DNA of 64,000 nucleotides from Eledone cirrhosa (GCA_964016885.1 OZ024744.1:64976001-65040000), one strand, 5' to 3'; shown: positions 12,001 to 24,752, numbered from the stretch's first letter. The notes: generated by a model from the letters alone, not told the origin. Numbers and translations are program-made.

Positions 12001-15000
12001 TGTTGTTGTTGTTGTGGTGGTAGTGGTAGTGTTATTGTTGTTGATAGTGATGATAGTGGTGTAGTTGATGTTGTTGTTGTTGTGGTGGTAGTGGTAGTGT
12101 TATTGTTGTTGATAGTGGTGATAGTGGTGTAGTTGGTGTTGTTGTTGTGGTGGTGGTGGTGGTGGTAGTGTTATTGTTGTTGATAGTGGTGATAGTGGTG
12201 TAGTTGTTGTTGTTGTTGTGGTGGTGGTGGTGGTAGTGTTATTGTTGCTGATAGTGGTGATAGTGGTGTAGTTGTTGTTGTTGTTGTGGTGGTGGTGGTG
12301 GTGGCCGTGGTGGTGGTGTTATTGTTGTTGATAGTGGTGATAGTGGTGTAGTTGTTGTTGTTGTGGTCGTGGTGTTGGTAGTGTTATTGTTGTTGATAGT
12401 GGTGATAGTGGTGTAGTTGGTGTGTTGTTGTTGTGGTGGTGGTGGTGGTAGTGTTATTGTTGTTGATAGTGGTGATAGTGGTGTAGTTGTTGTTGTTGTG
12501 GTGGTGGTGGTAGTGTTAATGTTGTTGATAGTGGTGATAGTGGTGTAGTTGGTGTTGTTGTTGTGGTGGTGGAGGTGGTGGTAGTGTTATTGTTGTTGAT
12601 AGTGGTGATAGTGGTGTAGTTGATGTTGTTGTTGTTGTGGTGGTAGTGGTAGTGTTATTGTTGTTGATAGTGATGATAGTGGTGTAGTTGATGTTGTTGT
12701 TGTGGTGGTGGTGGTGGTGGTAGTGTTAATGTTGTTGATAGTGGTGATAGTGGTGTAGTTGGTGTTGTTGTTGTGGTGGTGGTGGTGGTGGTAGTGTTAT
12801 TGTTGTTGATAGTGGTGATAGTGGTGTAGTTGATGTTGTTGTGGTGGAGGTGGTAGTGTTATTGCTGTTGTTGTGGTGGTGGTGGTGGTGTTATTGTTGT
12901 TGATAGTGGTGATAGTGGTGTAGTTGATGTTGTTGTTGTTGTGGTGGTGGTGGTGGTGTTATTGTTGTTGATAGTGGTGATAGTGGTGTAGTTGATGTTG
13001 TTGTTGTTGTGGTGGTAGTGGTAGTGTTATTGTTGTTGATAGTGGTGATAGTGGTGTAGTTGGTGTTGTTGTTGTGGTGGTGGTGGTGGTGGTAGTGTTA
13101 TTGTTGTTGATAGTGGTGATAGTGGTGTAGTTGGTGTTGTTGTTGTGGTGGTGGTGGTGGTGGTAGTGTTATTGTTGTTGATAGTGGTGATAGTGGTGTA
13201 GTTGATGTTGTTGTGGTGGAGGTGGTAGTGTTATTGCTGTTGTTGTGGTGGTGGTGGTGGTGTTATTGTTGTTGATAGTGGTGATAGTGGTGTAGTTGAT
13301 GTTGTTGTTGTTGTGGTGGTAGTGGTAGTGTTATTGTTGTTGATAGTGGTGATAGTGGTGTAGTTGGTGTTGTTGTTGTGGTGGTGGTGGTGGTGGTAGT
13401 GTTATTGTTGTTAATAGTGGTGTTAGTGGTGTAGTTGATGTTGTTGTTGTGGTGGTAGTGGTAGTGTTATTGTTGTTGATAGTGATGATAGTGGTATAGT
13501 TGATGTTGTTGTTGTTGTGGTGGTGGTGGTGGTAGTGTTAATGTTGTTGATAGTGGTGATAGTGGTGTAGTTGATGTTGTTGTTGTGGTGGTGGTGGTGG
13601 TGGTAGTGTTATTGTTTTTGATAGTGGTGATAGTGGTGTAGTTGTTATTGTTGTTGTGGTGGTGGTGGTAGTGTTATTGTTGTTGATAGTGGTGATAGTG
13701 GTGTAGTTGGTGTTGTTGTGGTGATGGTGGTGGTGGTAGTGTTATTGTTGTTGATAGTGGTGTAGTTGTTGTTGTTGTAGTGGTGGTGGTGGTAGTGTTA
13801 TTGTTATTGATAGTGGTGATAGTGGTGTAGTTGATGTTGTTGTTGTGGAGGTGGTGGTGGTGGTGGTAGTGTTAATGTTATTGATAGTGGTGATAGTGGT
13901 GTAGTTGATGTTGTGGTGGTGGTGGTGGTGGTGGTGGTGGTGTTATTGTTGTTGATAGTGGTGATAGTGGTGTAGTTGGTGTTGCTGTTGTGGTGGTGGT
14001 GGTGGTAGTGTTATTGTTGTTGATAGTGGTGATAGTGGTGTAGTTGATGTTGTTGTTGTGGTGGTGGTGGTAGTGTTATTGTTGTTGATAGTGGTGATAG
14101 TGGTGTAGTTGATGTTGTTGTTGTGGTGGTGGTGGTAGTGTTATTGTTGTTGATAGTGGTGATAGTGGTGTAGTTGATGTTGTTGTTGTTGTGGTGGTGG
14201 TGGTGGTAGTGTTATTGTTGTTGATAGTGGTGATAGTGGTGTAGTTGATGTTGTTGTGGTGGTGGTGGTAGTGTTATTGTTGTTGATAGTGGTGATTGTG
14301 GTATAGTTGATGTTGTTGTTGTGGTGGTGGTGGTAGTGTTATTGTTGTTGATAGTGGTGATAGTGGTGTAGTTGATGTTGTTGTTGTGGTGGTGGTGGTA
14401 GTGTTATTGTTGTTGATAGTGGTGATAGTGGTGTAGTTGATGTTGTTGTTGTGGTGGTGGTGGTAGTGTTATTGTTGTTGATAGTGTTATAGTGGTGTAG
14501 TTGGTGTTGTTGTGGTGGTGGTGGTGGTAGTGTTATTGTTGTTGATAGTGGTGATAGTGGTGTAGATGTTGTTGTTGTGGTGGTGGTGGTGGTAGTGTTA
14601 TTGCTGTTGATAGTGGTGATAGTGGTGTAGTTGTTGTTGTTGTGGTGGTGGTAGTGTTATTGTTGTTGATAGTGGTGATAGTGGTGTAGTTGATGTTGTT
14701 GTTGTGGTGGTGGTGGTGGTAGTGTTATTGTTGTTGATAGTGGTGATAGTGGTGTAGTTGTTGTTGTTGTTGTGGTGGTAGTGTTATTGTTGTTGATAGT
14801 GGTGATAGTGGTGTAGTTGATAATGTTGTTGTGGTGATGGTGGTGGTAGGGTTATTGTTGTTGATAGTGGTGATAGTGGTGTAGTTGTTGTTGTTGTGGT
14901 GGTGGTGGTAGTGTTAATGTTGTTGATAGTGGTGATAGTGGTGTAGTTGGTGTTGTTGTTGTGGTGGTGGTGGTGGTGGTAGTGTTATTGTTGTTGATAG

Positions 15001-18000
15001 TGGTGATAGTGGTGTAGTTGTTGTTGTTGTGGTGGTGGTGGTAGTGTTAATGTTGTTGATAGTGGTGATAGTGGTGTAGTTGGTGTTGTTGTTGTTGTGG
15101 TGGTGGTGGTGGTAGTGTTATTGTTGTTGATAGTGGTGATAGTGGTGTAGTTGTTGTTGTTGTTGTGGTGGTGGTGTTGGTAGGGATATTGTTGTTGATA
15201 GTGGTGATAGTGGTGTAGTTGATGTTGTTGTTGTGGTGGTGGTGGTAGTGTTATTGTTGTTAATTGTGGTGATAGGGGTGTAGTTGGTGTTGTTGTTGTT
15301 GTGGTGGTGGTGGTGGTAGTGTTATTGTTGTTGATAGTGGTGATAGTGGTGTAGTTGTTGTTGTTGTGGTGGTGGTGGTAGTGTTAATGTTGTTGATAGT
15401 GGTGATAGTGGTGTAGTTGGTGTTGTTGTTGTGGTGGTGGTGGTGGTGGTAGTGTTATTGTTGTTGATAGTGGTGATAGTGGTGTAGTTGATGTTGTTGT
15501 TGTGGTGGTGGTGGTGTTGGTAGTGTTATTGTTGTTGATAGTGGTGATAGTGGTGTAGTTGATGTTGTTGTTGTGGTGGTGGTGGTAGTGTTATTGTTGT
15601 TGATAGTGGTGATAGTGGTGTAGTTGATGTTGTTGTTGTTGTGGTGGTGGTGGTGGTAGTGTTATTGTTGTTGATAGTGGTGATAGTGGTGTAGTTGATG
15701 TTGTTGTGGTGGTGGTGGTAGTGTTATTGTTGTTGATAGTGGTGATTGTGGTATAGTTGATGTTGTTGTTGTGGTGGTGGTGGTAGTGTTATTGTTGTTG
15801 ATAGTGGTGATAGTGGTGTAGTTGATGTTGTTGTTGTGGTGGTGGTGGTAGTGTTATTGTTGTTGATAGTGGTGATAGTGGTGTAGTTGATGTTGTTGTT
15901 GTGGTGGTGGTGGTAGTGTTATTGTTGTTGATAGTGTTATAGTGGTGTAGTTGGTGTTGTTGTGGTGGTGGTGGTGGTAGTGTTATTGTTGTTGATAGTG
16001 GTGATAGTGGTGTAGATGTTGTTGTTGTGGTGGTGGTGGTGGTAGTGTTATTGCTGTTGATAGTGGTGATAGTGGTGTAGTTGTTGTTGTTGTGGTGGTG
16101 GTAGTGTTATTGTTGTTGATAGTGGTGATAGTGGTGTAGTTGATGTTGTTGTTGTGGTGGTGGTGGTGGTAGTGTTATTGTTGTTGATAGTGGTGATAGT
16201 GGTGTAGTTGTTGTTGTTGTTGTGGTGGTAGTGTTATTGTTGTTGATAGTGGTGATAGTGGTGTAGTTGATAATGTTGTTGTGGTGATGGTGGTGGTAGG
16301 GTTATTGTTGTTGATAGTGGTGATAGTGGTGTAGTTGTTGTTGTTGTGGTGGTGGTGGTAGTGTTAATGTTGTTGATAGTGGTGATAGTGGTGTAGTTGG
16401 TGTTGTTGTTGTGGTGGTGGTGGTGGTGGTAGTGTTATTGTTGTTGATAGTGGTGATAGTGGTGTAGTTGTTGTTGTTGTGGTGGTGGTGGTAGTGTTAA
16501 TGTTGTTGATAGTGGTGATAGTGGTGTAGTTGGTGTTGTTGTTGTTGTGGTGGTGGTGGTGGTAGTGTTATTGTTGTTGATAGTGGTGATAGTGGTGTAG
16601 TTGTTGTTGTTGTTGTGGTGGTGGTGTTGGTAGGGATATTGTTGTTGATAGTGGTGATAGTGGTGTAGTTGATGTTGTTGTTGTGGTGGTGGTGGTAGTG
16701 TTATTGTTGTTAATTGTGGTGATAGGGGTGTAGTTGGTGTTGTTGTTGTTGTGGTGGTGGTGGTGGTAGTGTTATTGTTGTTGATAGTGGTGATAGTGGT
16801 GTAGTTGTTGTTGTTGTGGTGGTGGTGGTAGTGTTAATGTTGTTGATAGTGGTGATAGTGGTGTAGTTGGTGTTGTTGTTGTGGTGGTGGTGGTGGTGGT
16901 AGTGTTATTGTTGTTGATAGTGGTGATAGTGGTGTAGTTGATGTTGTTGTTGTGGTGGTGGTGGTGTTGGTAGTGTTATTGTTGTTGATAGTGGTGATAG
17001 TGGTGTAGTTGATGTTTTTGTGGTGGAGGTGGTAGTGTTATTGCTGTTGTTGTGGTGGTGGTGGTGGTGTTATTGTTGTTGATAGTGGTGATAGTGGTGT
17101 AGTTGATGTTGTTGTTGTGGTGGTGGTGGTGGTGGTAGTGTTATTGTTGTTAATAGTGGTGTTAGTGGTGTAGTTGATGTTGTTGTTGTGGTGGTGGTGG
17201 TAGTGTTATTGTTGTTGATAGTGGTGATAGTGGTGCAGTTGATGTTGTTGTTGTTGTGGTGGTGGTGGTGGTAGTGTTATTGTTGTTGATAGTGGTGTTA
17301 GTGGTGTAGTTGATGTTGTTGTTGTGGTGGTGGTGGTAGTGTTATTGTTGTTGATAGTGGTGATAGTGGTGTAGTTGATGTTGTTGTTGTTGTGGTGGTA
17401 GTGGTAGTGTTATTGTTGTTGATAGTGATGATAGTGGTGTAGTTGATGTTGTTGTTGTGGTGGTGGTGGTGGTGGTAGTGTTAATGTTGTTGATAGTGGT
17501 GATAGTGGTGTAGTTGGTGTTGCTGTTGTGGTGGTGGTGGTGGTAGTGTTATTGTTGTTGATAGTGGTGATAGTGGTGTAGTTGTTGTTGTTGTTGTGGT
17601 GGTGGTGGTAGTGTTATTGTTGTTGATAGTGGTGATAGTGGTGTAATTGGTGTTGTTGTGGTGATGGTGGTGGTGGTAGTGTTATTGTTGTTGATAGTGG
17701 TGATAGTGGTGTAGTTGGTGTTGTTGTTGTGGTGGTGGTGGTGGTAGTGTTATTGTTGTTGATAGTGATGATAGTGGTGTAGTTGTTGTTGTTGTGGTGG
17801 TGGTGGTGGTGGTAGTGTTATTGTTGTTGATAGTGGTGATAGTGGTGTAGTTGTTGTTGTTGTTGTGGTGGTGGTGGTAGTGTTATTGTTGTTGATAGTG
17901 GTGATAGTGGTGTAGTTGATGTTGTTGTTGTGGTGGTGGTGGTGGTGGTGGTGGTAGTGTTATTGTTGTTGTTGTGGTGGTGGTGGTGGTGTTATTGTTG

Positions 18001-19395
18001 TTGATGGTTGTGATAGTGGTGTAGATGTTGTTGTTGTGTTGGTGGTGGTGGTAGTGTTATTGTTGTTGATAGTGGTGATAGTGGTGTAGTTGGTGGTGTT
18101 GTTGTGGTGGTGGTGGTAGTGTTATTGTTGTTGATAGTGGTGATAGTGGTGTAGTTGATGTTGTTGTTGTGGTGGTGGTGGTAGTGTTATTGTTGTTGAT
18201 AGTGGTGATAGTGGTGTAGTTGATGTTGTTGTTGTGGTGGTGGTGGTAGTGTTATTGTTGTTGATAGTGGTGATAGTGGTATAGTTGATGTTGTTGTTGT
18301 GGTGGTGGTGGTAGTGTTATTGTTGTTGATAGTGGTGATAGTGGTGTAGTTGGTGTTGTTGTTGTGGTGGTGGTGTTGGTAGGGTTATTGTTGTTGATAG
18401 TGGTGATAGTGGTGTAGTTGATGTTGTTGTTGTGGTGGTGGTGTTGGTAGGGTTATTGTTGTTGATAGTGGTGATAGTGGTGTAGTTGATGTTGTTGTTG
18501 TGGTGGTGGTGGTAGTGTTATTGTTGTTGATAGTGGTGATAGTGGTGTAGTTGGTGTTGTTGTTGTGGTGGTGGTTGTGGTAGTGTTATTGTTGTTGATA
18601 GTGGTGATAGTGGTGTAGTTGTTGTTGTTGTTGTGGTGGTGTTGGTAGTGTTATTGTTGTTGATAGTGGTGATAGTGGTGTAGTTGGTGTTGTTGTGGTG
18701 GTGGTGGTTGTGGTAGTGTTATTGTTGTTGATAGTGGTGCTAGTGGTGTAGTTGTTGTTGTTGTTGTGGTGGTGTTGGTAGTGTTATTGTTGTTGATAGT
18801 GGTGATAGTGGTGTAGTTGATGTTGTTGTTGTTGTGGTGGTGGTGGTGGTGTTATTGTTGTTGATAGTGGTGATAGTGGTGTAGTTGGTGTTGTTGTGGT
18901 GGTGGTGGTGTTGGTAGTGTTATTGTTGTTGATAGTGGTGATAGTGGTGTAGTTGATGTTGTTGTTGTGTTGTAGGTGGTAGTGTTATTGTTGTTGATAG
19001 TGGTGATAGTGGTGTAGTTGGTGTTGTTGTTGTGGTGGTGGTGGTGGTGGTGGTGTTATTGTTGTTGATAGTGGTGATAGTGGTGTAGATGTTGTTGTTG
19101 TTGTGGTGGTGGTGGTAGTGTTATTGTTGTTGATAGTGGTGATAGTGGTGTAGTTGTTTTTGTTGTTGTGGTGGTGGTGGTAGTGTTATTGTTGTTGATA
19201 GTGGTGATAGTGGTGTAGTTGTTGTTGTTGTTGTGGTGGTGGTGGTAGTGTTATTGTTGTTGATAGTGGTGATAGTGGTGTAGTTGTTGTTGTTGTGGTA
19301 GTGGTGTTGGTAGTGTTATTGTTGTTGATAGTGGTGATAGTGGTGTAGTTGATGTTGTTGTGGTGATAGTGGTGTAGTTGATGTTGTTGTTGTTG
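1..19395. repeat. G/T-rich satellite array, monomer ~62-71 bp: GTAGTGTTATTGTTGTTGATAGTGGTGATAGTGGTGTAGTTGAT(GTT)n GT(GGT)n G
   Basis: The monomer recurs continuously from position 1 to ~19395. Length varies by triplet slippage in the (GTT)n and (GGT)n tracts. The + strand is almost devoid of C. The array runs off the left edge of the window. Confidence 0.98.
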
Positions 19396-19590
19396 TTGTG
19401 GTGGTGGTGTTGATAGTGGTGGTGTTGATGGTGATGTTGTTGATGGTGATGGTGCTGATGATGGTGGTGTTGATGCTGGTCTTGTTGATAGTGGTTATGT
19501 TGATGGTGATGGTGCAGTTGGTTTTGGTGTTGATAGAGGTGGTGTTGATGGTGGTGGTGTTGATGGTAATGGTGTTGATTGCGGTGGTAG
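19396..19590. repeat. Degenerate (GGT/GTT/GAT) low-complexity edge of the satellite
   Basis: GGTGTTGAT-like units without the full monomer structure. Confidence 0.8.
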
Positions 19591-19799
19591 GTTTGTCATT
19601 ACTGTTCAATATATCTGCAACAAGAACTTCTTTACCATTCAGCCATGCGATATCGATAATGGTAGAAGAGTAAGAAAACATCAGCAACAGTTTCTCCTTC
19701 TTCTTCCGCTTCTACTTCTTCCCCTTCATCTTCTTCCTTTTCTTCCCCTTCCTCTTCTTCACCTCCTCTTCATCCTCCTCCTTCATCTTCTTTGTATTT

Positions 19800-21990
19800 G
19801 CAATTGTATTCTTTCAGTCATTACCCAGGATTTATGTCCTTAGGTAAGGTTAGGCACAAACACCGAACTGAAGATAGCAAGTTTGTCTTTTACATGTACC
19901 TCCCTTCTGATGACAGAATGCTGAAGCTGGTGCATTATTCACTAGGTCCTGCAATTCTTGCAGTTAGTTCAGCCTCATGCATTCAATCACCTATGAAAAT
20001 GGCTCAGAGATACTTGAACTTCTCCAGTTGCTTCAGTGGAACTCCCCCCACATGTTCTCTGCAGGCTTTCTTGAGAGGAACAATGTCTTAGTCTATACAG
20101 CATTGATTTTCATTTTTGTCATGCAGCACTCAGCATTAAACCTATTTAGTGCATATCAAAGATCACCTTCCAATGAGTTGAATAGTACCATGTTTTCTGC
20201 AAATATCGGGTGACTGATCCTACACCCATTGGTTTCGATACCACTTCCAACCAGGCTGCACATATCAATCCTATACATGAACAGGAGAGGTGACAAAATC
20301 CACATTGAATGATTTTGATGAAGCACCATTTATCTGAATACAAATACTAGGGCATTTATATAGGGATCTCAAGGGAATAAGAAGCTGTTTGTTGATCCCA
20401 TAGATTTGCAGAACTTTCACACAATAAGTCCCATGGAACATGGTCATATGCTTTTTCTAGGTATATGAAATAAGCATATACTTCTAAGTAACACTCATAC
20501 AATTTCTGCCACAGTGTGTATATTTGGTTGGCTGTGCTGCATCCAGGGTGAACATCACACTGTTAGTCAGCTAGTTTGTACTCAACAATATCCCTACATC
20601 TCTTTGCCAGAGACTTAGCATAGATTGTACCAGAAAGGTTTAATCAGGAGATTCCTCTAGAATTGGAGCAATCTCTCTTGTTTCCTTTTTTGAAAATTGA
20701 GATTATGATTCCCAAATGCCTCAGCTTTGGTGTTCTTCCAGAAATCCAGGCACCCTGGCACACACAAGGCAAGCGGAGCATACCTTCCCTATTTAAGGCT
20801 TTTAACATATCAGTCCAAATTTCCTCTTCTTCAGAGGCCACATTTGAGTGTTTTAGTTATTCTGAAGACCTCAGATTCTGGTAGGTTAGTCATCGCTCCT
20901 AAATGCACCTCTTGTACATCAGAAGATGTTGTTAGATCCAGATTTAGGAGATCAGCAAAGAATTCTCTCCACTTCCCAAGGATGCACTTCCGTTCAGAGA
21001 GAAGAACACCAAACAAGCTCCTGATAGCAGGCATTGAGGGAGACTTCTTTTTACAAAGTTAGGTTCCAGCTTAACCTCAATGTTCTCTCATATCTTAACC
21101 TTGGACATCTTTACTGTCTCTGTTAAAACTTTTCAGGCTTGCTTGAACTGTGTGTGCAAGAAAGATTTATTTCCAAGCCAAGTTTGTAAGCCTCCTTCTG
21201 CATACCTATTCCTGACTTCCTTATCCATCAGTGCTTCCCATTTTATCTTGTAAATCAAGCTGGATGGCCAGTTTTATTTGATGGGGTGGGGGGAGCTTTT
21301 TGACTTTAAGTATTTTCAGGCTGCAAATAACTAGATGGTGATGAGTTGACAGCTCAGCCCCTCCCTTAATACAAATATCCAGCAAAGAAGGAAAGTGATC
21401 AGAGACAATAAAAAAAAGTTGGTTACTGATCTCTAATCTCACTTTCCTTTATACCATGCATACTTATGGATATCTTTGTACTGGAAGGTGTTCATAATAG
21501 AGAGCCTATTACAGGAACAGGCATTTAATAAGGGCTTAAGATCGGGGTTGCTATTCCTTCCAAGCACCCCTTTCCATGACAGGTGGTCAGTGCCAACATC
21601 TACATTGAAGTCTCTCACTAAAACATATGACCCAGCCTTAACTACATCTAATGTTGCAGTGTCTTCATAAAGGAATCATCTATATTTAGGCTCTCTGTTT
21701 GGCACACAAACTTGCACCATCCACAGATATCTTTCCTTCAGCCTAAGCTTCAAGAGGTAAATCATCCCTCCCAATGGGATCCAGTTTATAACACATTCTG
21801 ACAGCTGGGGACTTCTGAGTATCCCCACTCCCACGTGTGTAGTCTTTTCTGGCACCACATCTGAATAGTGGAATTTCCATCATCCTTCCAAGCCTACTGT
21901 ACCATAGCTGTGGAACTTTGTTGAGGAGCCCTCAACTACACCTAGCTGGTAACATCTGGTGTGCTCCTTACCTGTAAGGGTTGTAATGAT
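19800..21990 (-). mobile_element. Decayed near-full-length RTE-clade LINE (APE endonuclease + RT), multiple stops and frameshifts
   Basis: Minus-strand translation gives APE motifs (GVGILRSPQLSECV..QVCVPN; GAELSTHHHLV) and RT motifs (MLKALNREG..IFKKGNKRDCSNSRGIS; YLEKAYDHVP; LSPLLF; IFAENM = degenerate FADD; QLEKFKYL; KLAIFSSVFVPNLT..SWVMTERIQ). Confidence 0.9.
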
Positions 21991-22315
21991 CAAATTTTAA
22001 CGTTTGCTCCCTTCTGGATCCTCTTTGGGGTCTCAAGATATGCAGCCTTTGTGCATTGATTCCATGCCTCCCAGGGCAGGTTGCAGGCTCATTGCCAGTC
22101 TTTTCAGTGTTAGATGGAGATTGTAATACATTTTTCAAATAGACTCATCTACCTAAGGCCTGAACTTGTTATCCCATGTGAAGGACAAAGTGGTATAATT
22201 GCTATTGTTGCATAAGGCTATTCTGTAATTTTTGGTGGTCTTATTTGTGCCAGTCACCAATTTGGTAATTTTTACAGACCTGCGAAAACTAGGTTTTTTT
22301 TTTTTTTTTAGAAGC

Positions 22316-22716
22316 CAGACCTACCAACTCTCCCCATTTGACGGGGAGATCTCCCACCTGCATTGGGGTGGGTGAGAGACGTCTTCTCTTGTGAAAATGG
22401 GTATAGCTTTCATTATATAAAATCTCACCGGCGGTGAATTGGCAGTATCGGTAGAGGGTCGGACGCCATGCTTTGACGCATAGAGTTACGGCCCTTGCCA
22501 TTCTGAGTTCAAATCCCGCCGAGGTTAACTTTGCCTTTCATCCTTACGGGGTCGATAAAATAAAGTACCAGTAATGCACTGGGATAATTGCTGGCCTTGT
22601 GCCAATAGTAGAAACAATTATATAAAATCTCACCATTTTGCCTCATTTATTTCCCGTTTTGGAGCACTTTTTTCCATGGTACTCCCCATTTGGGTTTTTA
22701 GAGGTTGACAGGTCTG
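22316..22716. mobile_element. Non-autonomous TIR element (MITE family M), interrupted by a SINE
   Basis: Termini CAGACCTACCAAC / GTTGACAGGTCTG are inverted. Homologous uninterrupted copies lie at 50363-50558 and ~49374-49562. An alternative left end CAGACCTGC is at 22275. Confidence 0.75.
22430..22620 (+). mobile_element. tRNA-derived SINE family A (Meta-domain-like), full length
   Basis: A-box-like TGGCAGTATCGG, B-box GAGTTCAAATCCC, central GCCTTTCATCCTTACGGGGTCGATAAAATAAAGTACCAG, tail GTAGAAACAATTA. 18-bp TSD ATTATATAAAATCTCACC at 22412-22429 and 22617-22634. Confidence 0.93.
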
Positions 22717-23169
22717 AGAAGCAGCCTTTACTCACCACATTGTAACTACATCACTGGGTTGTAAGAGATATCCTGAGAGCTAAAAGAGTCATCCATTCCA
22801 TCTCCTCTAGTAATTTACTACTCTTTAGTCCAGGTCTACTTATTCATCCAGCAGGAGCCCACTTATATTGCAACTAATCATATCTTGTGACTGTATCACT
22901 ATCTGCCACCTGTGACTCATCCTTCTCTAGCAGAATAGCTCTGCTGAGAACCTCAGAAATGTGAGTTCTGAGTTGAAATCCCACTGATGTAGAGCCTGCT
23001 TTTCGTTCTTCCAGTGATCAAGATCAAGAGATCTGTGATCAGTTTCCAGGGACCACAAACAAGTGTTGGCTGATTCAATTCAACCATACATAAACCACTA
23101 AGGCCTGTGTCCATCAGCAGCCTACTAGTGTCGCTTACCAGAGCAGACTGCTGAACATATATTGAATGC

Positions 23170-23705
23170 ATTCTTCTTCTTTTCTACGCCCTCTTATTCC
23201 TGAAAGGGTCGTGGGGGAAGAGTCCTCAAACACTCCTTCCAACAGGTCCTGTCAGAAGCAACCATCTCCAACTGATCCAGCTAGATCCCCAAACGAGACC
23301 AACCAAGCTCATGGATGTTATCCAACCATCTTGCTCGGGGTCTACCCCAGGGTCTCCTGCCAGTTGGTTTTGCCTGTAAAATCTGTCCAGCGATTCTTTC
23401 CTGAGACATTCTAACCACATGCCCATAGTATCAGAGTTTGATCTTTCAATTCGGAGAAGTAGTAGCTCTACTTGGAGTTATTCTCTGATCTCTGAGCAAC
23501 GCACTTCGAGTAACATTACTCCAAAGACCCTTCGGAGGGACCTAATTTCGGCCGCTTGTCTTCATGATTGTATTCTTTCGGTCATTACCCAAGATTCATG
23601 ACCATAGGTAAAGGTTGGCATGAAAACCAAATTGAAGATAGTGAGTTTGGATTTAACGCCTACCTTCCTTCTGATTACTGAATGCAGGAGCTGGCATATT
23701 ACTGA
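23170..23705 (-). mobile_element. RTE LINE 3' fragment (same family as 19800-21990 and 41135-41510)
   Basis: Minus strand reads YYGHVVRMSQERIAGQILQAKPTGRRPWGRPRARWLDNI..., with a short (GAA)n tail. 23575-23650 matches 19810-19885. Confidence 0.9.
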
Positions 23706-23747
23706 ATGCCACCCGTGAATATGGATGTCCTACACCCAATATTGTCG

Positions 23748-24095
23748 AAGGCGTATGTCTTAGTGGTTAGGGCGTTGGGCTTGCAATCGTGAGGTTGTGA
23801 GTTTGGTTCTCAGACCGTGTGATGCATTGTGTCCTCAAGTAAGACACTTTATTTTACATTGTTCCAGTTTACTCAGCTGTAGAAATCACTTTCGATGTCA
23901 CCAGTGCCAAGCTGTATTGGCCATAGCCTTTCCCTTGGACAACATTGGTGGTGTGGAGAGAGGAGACTGGTATGCATGGGTGACTGGTATGCATGCTTCC
24001 ACAAACAATCTTGCCATGGACTTTACCTCGGAGGGGAAGTTTCTAGGTGCAAATCCCATAGTCATTCATGACTGAAGGGGGTCTTACCTTACCTT
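23748..24095 (+). mobile_element. tRNA-derived CORE-type SINE (family B)
   Basis: tRNA-like head GGCGTATGTCTTAGTGGTTAGGGCGTTGGGCTTG..GAGTTTGGTTCTC and CORE-like TTGTGTCCTCAAGTAAGACACTTTATTT. Homologs at 27450-27632 (-) and 39339-39560 (+). Confidence 0.8.
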
Positions 24096-24464
24096 ACACC
24101 TAAATCCCACCACCGTGAGCTGGTTACAATGCCTGTGAGACATCACATAACTGCAGTTCTCTCATAAGCAAGAAAAAAAATCTCTCTCTCTCTCTCTCTT
24201 TATTTCACCTCAGAAGTGTAAAAAACAAATTCATCTTACAAAGCAGAGGAACGTTACTAATTATTACTAAGTTTCTTTGTCTGGCGATTTATTGGTTGTG
24301 CATTGAATCACTCAATTAGAGACGGCTAAAATTGATTAAATAGACTCTAGTATTTGAAGTAGACAGAGTGCCGGAAATGAGGTGCTGTGCTAGTTAAGTT
24401 ATGAGGAAGACGGACCCCACCTGATCAACGGGGCCCTGTGCTAAATCCGACACTGCATAGAATG

Positions 24465-24752
24465 TAATTTATTGACGCCGGAAGAATGAAAAGTAGACTC
24501 AACATGAGCGGGATTTGAACACAGAACGTAAAGGGATGCAACTTAACAAAAACACACTACACTAACAATTTCTAAACATTGGCACAATTCCCACGTATAT
24601 ATTTATTTATAGAAGAGGACAGAGTTGTCTCTTACAAATAGACTTTATCTTTATTACCGGTACTTTTACTTTTATTGACACAGGAAGAAAGAAATGCAAA
24701 AGTCGACTGTGGTGGGATTCGAAATCAAAATATAAAGGGACGTAACTGAATA
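24465..24752 (-). mobile_element. Two diverged SINE family A fragments
   Basis: TTATTGACGCCGGAAGAATGAAAAG..GGGATTTGAACACAGAACGTAAAGGGA (24469-24540) and GGTACTTTT..GGTGGGATTCGAAATC..AAAGGGACGTAACT (24659-24748) align to family A. Confidence 0.65.

Noticed and set aside
1-19395. Mucin-like or His/Thr-rich giant coding exon on the minus strand
   Set aside because: Standard monomer length is 2 mod 3, so every frame meets the CAA-TAA stop about every third monomer. The + strand is full of TAG/TGA, and the ORF track is empty here.
1-19395. Telomeric repeat or CRISPR-like array
   Set aside because: There are no TTAGGG runs, no unique spacers and no cas genes. The variation is only triplet slippage.
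22430-22520. tRNA genes at SINE heads
   Set aside because: A/B boxes are present, but there is no cloverleaf and they continue into SINE bodies with TSDs.
22310-22722. 6-bp TSD AGAAGC around MITE M
   Set aside because: The 50363 copy shares the upstream poly-T+AG and shows no TSD, so the true left end is uncertain and the match may be chance.
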